Below the pieces are notes generated by a model. That model worked only from the letters and a program-made list of their open reading frames with translations. It was not told where the DNA came from and did not search any database. Both the position numbers and the translations under genes were made by a program. A stretch of 64,000 nt of DNA from the IMG/VR virus record IMGVR_UViG_3300017971_000190, positions 62,001-126,000 of that record; one strand, given 5' to 3'. Below, piece by piece: positions 20,755-30,015 of this stretch; within the stretch, counting starts at the first letter, position 1, and each line of letters starts with the position of its first letter.

Positions 20755-22064
20755 ACAATTTGACCCTAAAGGTGGGTACCGGTATCGTGAGGGACCAAAG
20801 AATCCTTCACCACCGTGGGATCGAGATGATGGACTTAAATTAACCTCTGAAGAGCAAAAAGAAGCTGAAAAATTATACAACCAAGTTTGTGAAGCCATTA
20901 AAGAAGGCTTCGTCCGTACTCCAGAAAAAGTAAAAGCAGCCCGAGAAGCCATGCTCTCTCACATGGACGAAGTAGAACAACACCGATTAGAAGCAGTTAA
21001 AGAAAGTGGGCACACGCTTGGTAAAACCAAATTGTTGGTAGAGTATAATTTTGATACAGAACTAGGTGTTTGGGAATTTAGAACTTTAAGACTACAAGAA
21101 GAATTGAAGTTCAACGATAAAGTAAAATTTGTGCAGCTGGAGGAAAAGTCCAAGCTGCCTGGTCCCCATCCACCCGATTGTGGGTGTTTTAATTGCGACC
21201 TAAAAAGAGCGAAAGACAAAAAGTAAATGCCTACGACTACAACAAAGCCTCGAAAAATTGCTTTACCTTCTTACTGCTGTCCTCACGGGTGTCAAACTAG
21301 TGGTGGCGACAAAGATTGTGATCACGACTATCCCCCAGAGTCAAAAGTAGAGCACACCACTTACGTAACCTGGCGTTGTAGCAAATGTGGAATGCGTGTG
21401 TCTTTTGAGGTATATCAATAAAGCAGTACTTTTATATGGAACGGTGTGAAGTAAAAAGCATTTATTGTGACGGTTGTGGTATGTTTGGAGATGGAGCTAG
21501 GGTGGGAGATTTATTTGTAGCACATCCAAGAACAATACTTGCTAAACGAGGATGGAAAACTGTTAATGAAAACGGGTTAATTAAAGATTATTGTTACGAA
21601 TGTTCTAAATCAAGAGGTTTGTTAAAACCTTCAGAGTATTTTTGGTGGGAAAAGAAGACAGTTTGAAACATTTTAGCTGGCTAAGTTTTAAAAGGTACTG
21701 GAAAAGTGGAATATGGGAACTTTTTCGTAATCCCACTAGTAAATTCCAATGGGAACGCTTTACTCAGTACACCATAGATATGGTTTTTCAAGGCTTCACT
21801 AGTGCTGATACATGGAGTGTAGATTGTTATATTGTTGAGTTTGCCATTCCTCGTTTGGAAATGTTTAGAGAGTATATGCCGTGTGGACATCCTGGAAATT
21901 TAAATAGTGACGAGTGGATAAAAATTGTAGACAAAATTATCAAAGGTTTGAAACTATACTACAAAGACCATTGCGACGGTAAAATACTAACGGAACAAGA
22001 AAAACAAGAGGTTGAAGAAGGTATGCAACTTTTCTTTAACTATTTTAGTAACCTGTGGAACTGA
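20747..22064 (+). other. hypothetical CDSs 20747..21226, 21227..21421, 21436..21666 and 21642..22064
   Basis: Packed ORFs; two are small CxxC proteins. Confidence 0.6.
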
Positions 22065-22684
22065 AAATGTCAAATAGAAAAATTGAATATTGTAAAATTC
22101 ATGGTGAAGTAGATCTAGTTCAATTAACTCAAGCTACATATTGTTGCCCTCATTGTTTAGCTGGTAGAGCTACTGTTTCTGGTAAAGAAAGACATACCGT
22201 TACTGTTGGGCAAACTCTACCAAAACCAAAACTATCTGTTTTTCTAGCTGGTCCCATTGAAAGACGAAAAGATGATCAAAAACCAACCTTACCTCAGTGG
22301 AGAAAAGAAGCTGTCAAATGGTTAGAACTTTACACAAAAGATCTCAATCACTTTTTAGTTCTTTCTCCAGAATGGGGTGAAAGGCCAGAAAATTGGTCTT
22401 ATGAAAAGCAAGTTGATTGGGAAATAGAAGCGCTTCAATTATCTACCTGTATACTGTGCTGGATACCCAGACAACTACCACTTCTCCCAGCCTTTACCAC
22501 TAACATAGAAGTTGGAGAATGGCTTCACAGTCCTAAATTAATTGTGGGAGCGCCTCCTGATACTCCTCATACTCGATATATACAATACAGACGTAAGAAG
22601 CTTGGACTCTCGTGGTGTACTTCGTTAGAGTCTTGTGCCATAGAAGCAACAAGGTTTTTAAGAAAGGTAGAAGAAAATGAGTAA
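22055..22684 (+). CDS. nucleoside 2-deoxyribosyltransferase-like protein with N-terminal zinc ribbon
   Basis: SVFLAGPI...WR...SPE...QVDWE..AL.....ILCWIPR...PAFTTNIEVGEW resembles the NDT-like family (Nuc_deoxyri_tr2). Confidence 0.8.
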   Translation: MELKMSNRKIEYCKIHGEVDLVQLTQATYCCPHCLAGRATVSGKERHTVTVGQTLPKPKLSVFLAGPIERRKDDQKPTLPQWRKEAVKWLELYTKDLNHFLVLSPEWGERPENWSYEKQVDWEIEALQLSTCILCWIPRQLPLLPAFTTNIEVGEWLHSPKLIVGAPPDTPHTRYIQYRRKKLGLSWCTSLESCAIEATRFLRKVEENE

Positions 22685-23255
22685 GGTTTGGTTTACAGCT
22701 GATACCCATTTTAGTCAACAACGAACTTTGGAACTGAGTAGAAGACCATTTTACAGTACTTCTAGTATGGATAAAATTATTGTAAACAATTGGAATACGG
22801 TGGTAGATGACGATGATGTTGTTTTCCATTTGGGAGATTTTGGAAATCCCGTTATAATCTCTGACCTAGCTGGAGCTGAGATTTATCTTTTACCGGGTAA
22901 TTATGACACACCAGAAATTCAGGAAGAACTTGTTAAACGTGATTTGAGAGTCACCATTTTAGACTTTCAGCCTTGGTCTTTGGAAGTACCTCTTTACTTA
23001 GATGAAGAATTCGATCCAGACGATGAATTGCCAGGAAAAATTTATCTTGTTCATGAGCCAGAAAAAGCTACCAATGAAAAACTGTTTTACCTTTATGGCC
23101 ATATTCATCAGCTTCAAATGGTGAAGAGAAATGGTCTTAATGTTGGAACAGACTGTCATCAATTTAGACCTATTGATTGGGAAGCAATTGTATTTTACTA
23201 CCTTGCAATTGTGAACTACTACGATGAAAATGTATTTATGGAAAAATTAGGATGA
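22677..23255 (+). CDS. calcineurin-like metallophosphoesterase
   Basis: DTHFS, HLGDFG, PGNYD (His to Tyr variant of GNHD), HEP and GHIH motifs. Confidence 0.9.
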   Translation: MSKVWFTADTHFSQQRTLELSRRPFYSTSSMDKIIVNNWNTVVDDDDVVFHLGDFGNPVIISDLAGAEIYLLPGNYDTPEIQEELVKRDLRVTILDFQPWSLEVPLYLDEEFDPDDELPGKIYLVHEPEKATNEKLFYLYGHIHQLQMVKRNGLNVGTDCHQFRPIDWEAIVFYYLAIVNYYDENVFMEKLG

Positions 23256-26200
23256 CTGGTCAAAAAAGACAAGGTTGGAATCTTTATGTAAGGGAATCTA
23301 TGGTGGTCATGGATCCGCTTCAACTAAGACCTGACACAGAAAATCCTGGTAAGGCAAAATTGTACCCACCTGGTACATACAAAATCCAACCTCGCCCCGT
23401 TCCACCGGAAAATTGGACTCCCCTTCCTGAAGGGTACGTTTATATTCCTGATCAATTGTTGTACTGTCCCAATTGCGGAGCTGATATCAAATTTTTAAAA
23501 ATGACAGAACCCTATGAGTCACCCCACCCATTTTATTACCCCACGCAACTAAAATTCGATTGTGGCCTTTGTGGTACCAAGAAAATGGCATATACTATTT
23601 TAGACTTTAACAGTGCAATTCCTGACAAAGTGAGGTGATAAATTGTCTAAGTACTATGTTGCTTTTAAATGTTGGAACTGTGGAATGGAACAACAAATTA
23701 GTTGGCCCGAAAGTTTCTTCTATGATGGAGCTAGTCAATCCTACGAATGCAACTGTTGTGATGCTGTGGCAAATTGCACCATAGTAATTCCAGAGCCTTG
23801 TCCTGATCTTCCGCAAGTGCGAGTAACTTTTACCACCCACGTTAAAACGATAAAGTCATGATTTGTGGTCGCTGTAAGACAATTCTTAGTGAAGAAGAAG
23901 AAAAAGAAAGTAATGAGCTTGATTGGGGAAAGGTTGCTTTTTGTCCGGTTTGTCGAGAAATCCTGGATAAAGAGAATAGAGAAGAAAGGCAACGTTTAAA
24001 TAGTTTAAAAGGTAGGCTCACTTGGAAGGATTACGGAGACGATGATGTTTAAAAGGCAATTGATTAACGTAACAGCAGCTGCTACCTTCGTGTTTTGCTC
24101 TTCTATGGAAGCGTTAACTACAGTTGGTATTTACAAGAAAAGACTGTGGCGTCTACAGAAACGCATAACTAAAATAGTAGAAAGGGATTAAGATGAAACC
24201 AGAAGAAATAGCTGAAAAACTCACTCAAATAGAAAACTGGGTACGTGATTCCAATATTGTAAATACAAATAATCTTTTAGAGGAAACACTTCACATAGCT
24301 CAGGATCTCCTTGTAGAAAATATGAGATTTAGAACAAATATAAAGATGGCTTTGGGTATACTTGAGAGGTGGGGTGGTTACCAAGACAGAATTATAAAAG
24401 CAACTGAAATTCTCAAAAATCTGGAAATCGAAAATAAAGGAAACGACCATGGATCAAAAAAATAACGAAGCTCTTTTCTCCATGATTACAGAAAGACCAG
24501 ATCCAAATCTTTCTTGGAAAGAAGCCGTCTGTCCTGCTTGCAGTAGTAAAGAGCTGACAAATCATTATGGAGAATCTACTTGTCTTGGGTGGTTTCCACG
24601 AGTACCTGAAGATGATACAGCTGATTGTTCAGGCAATCCAAATTTAACCAGTAATCACTACACTTGCAATGCTTGTGGGTTTGAATTTGTCTACCGTGTT
24701 AAACATGGAAATATTTGGGTTAAGGAATTAATTCATCAACTTGAGCCACAAAAAATACTGAAAGGTTTGCCCAACGTTCATAGTGGACAGTACAGTGTTT
24801 ACACTTGTGCTCACTGTGGAGAATTGGCAGTAAAAGTGGAAGATAACGAAAGGAAGTACAAACACATTGTAGCTCCTCCAAACCTGGAAAATCCACCATT
24901 TAAAATTGTGTGTACAATTTGTAAAAAGATTATAGAAAGCAAGTACGATTGTTACCAACATCTGTACAGTTACAAAAATGCTTTTCACGGTGTTAAGGGA
25001 CCAATCACATTGAGTGTTAAACCAGGTATAACTATTGCTAATAGTAGGGCCATTCAAAAAGGTTTACCAAAAGAGGGAGATACGTAGAATGCCATATGCA
25101 AGAGAAGTTTATGAAATAGTAGAAATTAGAAATGATAATGGTGATGATGATTTATTAGTTTGTATTGGGTATAATGTATCCAGTTGTCCCAGTTATGTAG
25201 AATACGACTCTAAAATTTATAAATGTCAAAAAGTTTGTCCTTACGGATCTACTGACCATCCTGGAGAGGAAAAATATGGAACTACTGATTATGCTATTTA
25301 TAGTATTTTCGATCTAAGAGGCGTTACAGGATAAAACCAAAAGGAGAGATTTAAAATGGACACAAAACAAACCACAATTCTTGAATCATTAGAAATATTA
25401 CTTAGTAAACAAGTGGAGTGGTACAAAGATACAACGTTACAATTAGTAGAATTAGAAAAAGGAATTGACTTTTATAGAGATACATTAAATTTAAAAGGAG
25501 AACGTGTGGGAGACGAAATAAATAAAGAAGTTTCGAAGTCCCCTCAAACAGTAGCAGATCATACAGAATTTCTTTTAGATAATTTCAGAATTATTAGTAC
25601 AGCTGTTTTTCAAAAATTAGTACTATTAAACGAAGATTTAAGTAGTGCTAACAAGAGACTTGTTGGAATACCCATAAAAGAGGAAACAGCACCATGAAAG
25701 AGATTACTTGTTGTAAGCTAGGAAAAGAAAATATTCATTTTAAAACCGCTAAAGAGGCAGATGCTGACGAAGACGGATTTTTCCTTTATTTAAAAAGTCA
25801 GTACCCAGATGGCTACTATGAACCTATTTTATTCTGTCCTTTTTGTGGACAGTGTGTTCCTCACGAAAGAATGCGCTGCAATACAGATCCTAAGCGCCGT
25901 GAGGTGGAAGTAGGAATTCATTTCGATTTTTCTAAAATGACTGAGACTCAGCAACAGCTAATTTGGAGTGCAACTACAGCTCTTAAATCTGCTGGAATTG
26001 GATTTGACACTGGTTGTGGGGGTGGTTTCGATTGGGAATGGGATTGGTCTTTAAGTGGGCCTGTGAAGGTATTGTTTAGAGAATTTGTTCAAAATAACCC
26101 AAAAAATCGTTATTATTGGGAAAAGAAAAAGCGAGAAGAAGGAAATGTTTCTGATCCAGTAGATAATGTAAATAGGTTTAAAAAAATGAAAAAATTAGCA

Positions 26201-27135
26201 GAAGACGTTTTAGAAGAGGATGAGGAGACAAATTGAAACGACGTATGTACATTAGTCAAGATAGTGGGGGAATTTACCTTTTCTCCAGCACCACCAAACC
26301 AACTAGACCAAGAACCAGAGCTTTGGATGGACGAACTAGAAGGTTTATTAACTATTGATGATGACGAATTGGTAAATTGTTATATAGAAAATATTAATGA
26401 AGAGAATATGCTTTTTAAACAAATTATTGATGAAGCAGAAAAGGAGTCAAAATGAGTTGGTATATTTACAACGCCATTGGAGCTAGAGTAGAAACAAATA
26501 AAATTAAAGAAGCATTAGCTAAAACTTACTCAACGTCTAGTCCAAAAGAAGCTTGCCGAACCAACAATTTGGTATTGGTTGACGCCAACACTGGTTACAG
26601 CTACGTTTGTTCCCATGTTCACAGTTTTGAAATTAATGGCGATAAACTTCTTAATTACGGTCCTCTTGTGCACTACCAAGATAAAAATTGGGACAAAGAT
26701 AAAGTGCGTCGATTTTTAGAACAGTTTCGTCTTTGGGAAGATGGATCATTTGGAATTTGGACCTTTGCTGTTAAGGAGTAGTATTACAGTATGAGAATAA
26801 GTACAGATATTGACATTCCAGATCCTCCTCAAAATTATTTTACACTCCCTATACCTTGTCCAGATTGTGGTTATCCGGTTTTAATTGGACAACTCATTCC
26901 AACAGGTTTACCTAATGAAAATGGTTTAGTAGATTACGAAAATAGCCGGTGTCACATTTTCTGTGGAAGACCAGATAATTTTTGTTTATCTTGGTCAGCT
27001 TCTTCAGATAATTATACGTGGAAATATGATAAAGATATAAGCGCAATTAGAAATGCAATAATGGGTCCTATAAAAGCTAAAAAAGCTAAAAGAAAACGAC
27101 GAGTAAAATCCCTTCTTAAAGGGAGGTTTAAATAG
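23252..27135 (+). other. cluster of small hypothetical CDSs (23252..23638, 23643..23861, 23858..24052, 24193..24465, 24449..25087, 25035..25334, 25356..25697, 25694..26236, 26264..26455, 26452..26781, 26791..27135)
   Basis: Co-directional and tightly packed; several are CxxC zinc ribbons. Confidence 0.6.
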
Positions 27136-27136
27136 C

Positions 27137-27612
27137 CACCAGACAGACAAGTAGGCAGACAAACAGACAGATAAGGAGACAAGCATCATGTTCGCAAAAT
27201 TTGTGAATTACACAGAGGGTAACGGAGTCCTAAGCCCTAAAGGATTCAGACCAACCGTTCCAAAAGTGAACAGCGTTTACGAAGCTTCGGAAGTAATTTA
27301 CGGTAAGAAGTGTTTTCGTAATTTTGAAGAATACATGAAGTGGATGGAAGATAGCGGAGATAGTCCAGCAGAAACAATTGGGTTTCCTTTGGTTAAAGAT
27401 GATCTTTTTGAAGTTGTAGCTACCCGTATTTACAATGAGAAAAATGGAGAAACAACAGTTCGAGTAGTGCACGCCATAGGCTGTGAATTTTACCTGCTTA
27501 ATGATGAAGGTAAAACTATAGATCGCGTGTGGTGTGCCAACGGTGAAGAACAGAAAAAGATGTTAAAAGAACATATTAACGAATAGTTAACTTAATTTTT
27601 GTCTGTCTGGTG
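27137..27612. repeat. 14-bp perfect inverted repeat pair flanking ORF 27188..27586
   Basis: CACCAGACAGACAA (27137-27150) is the exact reverse complement of TTGTCTGTCTGGTG (27599-27612). Confidence 0.85.
27188..27586 (+). CDS. hypothetical protein with a YLLNDEGKTID domain
   Basis: AAGGAG RBS; C-terminal motif shared with the N-terminal domain of 28431..30002. Confidence 0.75.
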   Translation: MFAKFVNYTEGNGVLSPKGFRPTVPKVNSVYEASEVIYGKKCFRNFEEYMKWMEDSGDSPAETIGFPLVKDDLFEVVATRIYNEKNGETTVRVVHAIGCEFYLLNDEGKTIDRVWCANGEEQKKMLKEHINE

Positions 27613-27628
27613 TTTCTGTAAATTCCCC

Positions 27629-27657
27629 TTGACAATTAGGTCGTATTCAGCTACAAA
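27629..27657 (+). promoter_or_regulatory. possible sigma70-type promoter for the RNA ligase
   Basis: TTGACA, 17 nt, TACAAA (weak -10). Confidence 0.5.
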
Positions 27658-27678
27658 ATACTAGTAGAGGTAAGAATC

Positions 27679-28326
27679 ATGTCACAAACCAAAACAAAAT
27701 ACCCCAGGACGTTACACCTTCCTTGGTCCCCGGGAAGAAGTAGGGATGATTTGGTTCTCACTTCCACCTCTCATTTTGAGGGGCAACAAGTTGTAATTAC
27801 TGAAAAAAGAGATGGTGAGAATACCACCATTTATCCTTTCACCGTACACGCTCGTTCTCTAGACTCCGCTTATCATCCTTCCCAAAGTTGGGTACGACAA
27901 CTTCAAGCTCAAATTGGTCACGAAATTCCAGCTGGCTGGAGAATCTGTGGGGAGAACCTTTATGCCGAGCACAGTATTCCCTACCACGTCACCAATTATT
28001 TTGAAGTGTTCTCTATTTGGGATGAAACTAACACGGCTCTAAGCTGGAATGCTACTCAGGAATGGGCAGATCTCTTAAATCTTCTGACAGTTCCTGTTTT
28101 GTTCCAAGGGGAATGGCCCGGAAAAGAGTTTCTAGATGAGCTGTGGCAACATTATTGTCAGAAAATGGATCCTGCCTTGGTTGAAGGATACGTTGTACGG
28201 TTAGCAGGACGTTTTTCTTACGATTCTTTCTCGGCTTCGGTGGCCAAATTTGTTCGTCCCGATCACGTACAAACTGACGAGCACTGGAAAAAGAATTGGA
28301 AGCCTAACCAACTCGTCCAGTCTTGA
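27679..28326 (+). CDS. ATP-dependent RNA ligase family protein
   Basis: KYPRTLHLPWSPG, TEKRDGEN (motif I KxDG), ICGENLYA.HSI, EGYVVR and KFVR..HV motifs. Confidence 0.85.
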   Translation: MSQTKTKYPRTLHLPWSPGRSRDDLVLTSTSHFEGQQVVITEKRDGENTTIYPFTVHARSLDSAYHPSQSWVRQLQAQIGHEIPAGWRICGENLYAEHSIPYHVTNYFEVFSIWDETNTALSWNATQEWADLLNLLTVPVLFQGEWPGKEFLDELWQHYCQKMDPALVEGYVVRLAGRFSYDSFSASVAKFVRPDHVQTDEHWKKNWKPNQLVQS

Positions 28327-28430
28327 CCCCTCCTTTGTAAAACCTTCCTAGACCGCGAGTTGATTTAACTCGCCCAGACCGAAGTTCGTAGAGCGATCGA
28401 AAGACCGAAAAACAAAAGGAGAAGTGTCTC

Positions 28431-30002
28431 ATGATTTTGAAAATCATCCCCATCCGTCCCGCTGGAAGACCACATCTGAAAAATATTAATCGTTACGTAG
28501 AAGGTTCTGAATTTTCAATAGAGCTTCATACGTTTAATGACGAAAAGACGTATGAGGCTTGGCTTGTAGAAAGAACCTCCATAGAAAGTATTGAGCACAG
28601 TACACTAAATATTCACGATTATAAAGGATTGGACAGCTGGCAAGTATTTGTCGTAGATGTTGAGAATTTCTTAGATGGAGACTTTGTTGTTTCTACTCAA
28701 ACCATTCTTTGCAATCGTATATTTCTGCTTAACGACAAGGGAAAGACAGTAGACACATTTAACACAACAAATCCATTAGTATTTCCTAGAAAGCGAGAAA
28801 ATGAAACTAAATTCATAGATGGACATGGAGGTACTGTTGAAATAGAAGATGGAAAAATTAAACATACTACACCATTAAAAAATGTTTTTGAATTAAAAAA
28901 TGTTTTTGATGGACTGAAAGAAAGTGTGGGGCAAGAATTTAGAAAAAGGCAAGAATTCGTAGCAAATTTAACTGAAGAACAAGAAAAAGAACTTGGAGCG
29001 CATTTTTATGGTGGTAACATTGGAGGGAAGGTAGAGGTTATAGAAGGGGTAACAGTCAAACCTTTAACTGTCGATAAACCAACTCCTTGTCCCTCCATTC
29101 TTCATTGGTGTACAGAACTGAAATATCTGGGCGGTAAAAATGTTTGGCCAGAGAATTTAAAAACTTTACTAGCTGCTTTTCAGGAACAGTGCCCCTCTTG
29201 TGGAGCTGCCCTTCGTTACGGTCGTTGTGTTCTTTGTGATAAATCCAAACAAGAATTATTTTCTCACCCGATCAATGAGGTAGTAGGAATTAGAGGGCAA
29301 CGCACTGGTAGCAGCTTTCTATCGGCCATAGCTGCTACCTACCAGTTACAAAAAATACTCTCTTTAGATATGAGTTTAAGTACCTACTATGATATGCCTC
29401 CTACGGAATTTGAAATGGTACTAGTAGATCCAGGAAAACATATTTGGAATCACTTTTGGGAATTAATACACAATTCACCTTGGTTTGAGCAATACTGGAG
29501 TTTCTTAAAAAATGCAGTTAATTGGGGTTTCAGTAGACCTAGCAATGATAAAGCTATTTTTACTGCCAACGAAAAGACGAATTTAATTGTACGAAGAGGA
29601 GGAGTGGAAGAGAACTACAAAGGAAAAACCAGAATTTTTGCTGCCATAGATGATCCAGATTGGGTAGATTGTTATGGTAATAAAGATAAACGGGTTCCTA
29701 TAGTAGATATTTATACAAGCCTTAAGAGTAGCCTTTCAACGGTGAAAAAGAAAGCTAACGATCAAAATTATAAATTGCAACCCTTGTTGTGGTTAATGGG
29801 TCCTCCTAACGGAGAAGGTGTAACTAAAAGTCTTCTTAGAAAAATAAAACAAGCTAAAAAGAAAAAAGTCAACCAACTAATTCTACATCAACCAACTTGG
29901 GAAATTAATCCAGAAACCAGCGAGGAAGAACTACGGAAAGAAGCCAGAAATGATGCAGAATTTCGTCGTGACTTTGGTGCTGAATTTGTAAAAGTGAAAT
30001 AA
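28431..30002 (+). CDS. fusion of an N-terminal LLNDKGKT domain and a degenerate terminase-large-subunit ATPase domain
   Basis: NEVVGIRGQRTGSS (Walker A-like, lacking Lys), SPWF, KGKTRIFAAIDD (Walker B DE to DD), HQPTWEINP and RRDFGAEF follow large-phage TerL order; ends before any nuclease domain. Confidence 0.7.
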   Translation: MILKIIPIRPAGRPHLKNINRYVEGSEFSIELHTFNDEKTYEAWLVERTSIESIEHSTLNIHDYKGLDSWQVFVVDVENFLDGDFVVSTQTILCNRIFLLNDKGKTVDTFNTTNPLVFPRKRENETKFIDGHGGTVEIEDGKIKHTTPLKNVFELKNVFDGLKESVGQEFRKRQEFVANLTEEQEKELGAHFYGGNIGGKVEVIEGVTVKPLTVDKPTPCPSILHWCTELKYLGGKNVWPENLKTLLAAFQEQCPSCGAALRYGRCVLCDKSKQELFSHPINEVVGIRGQRTGSSFLSAIAATYQLQKILSLDMSLSTYYDMPPTEFEMVLVDPGKHIWNHFWELIHNSPWFEQYWSFLKNAVNWGFSRPSNDKAIFTANEKTNLIVRRGGVEENYKGKTRIFAAIDDPDWVDCYGNKDKRVPIVDIYTSLKSSLSTVKKKANDQNYKLQPLLWLMGPPNGEGVTKSLLRKIKQAKKKKVNQLILHQPTWEINPETSEEELRKEARNDAEFRRDFGAEFVKVK

Positions 30003-30015
30003 AGGAGAGTAAATA

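Noticed and set aside
28350-28407. Mini CRISPR array
   Set aside because: The repeat is only 6 nt with 20-nt spacers, and no cas genes are present. No other repeat-spacer array was seen in the window.
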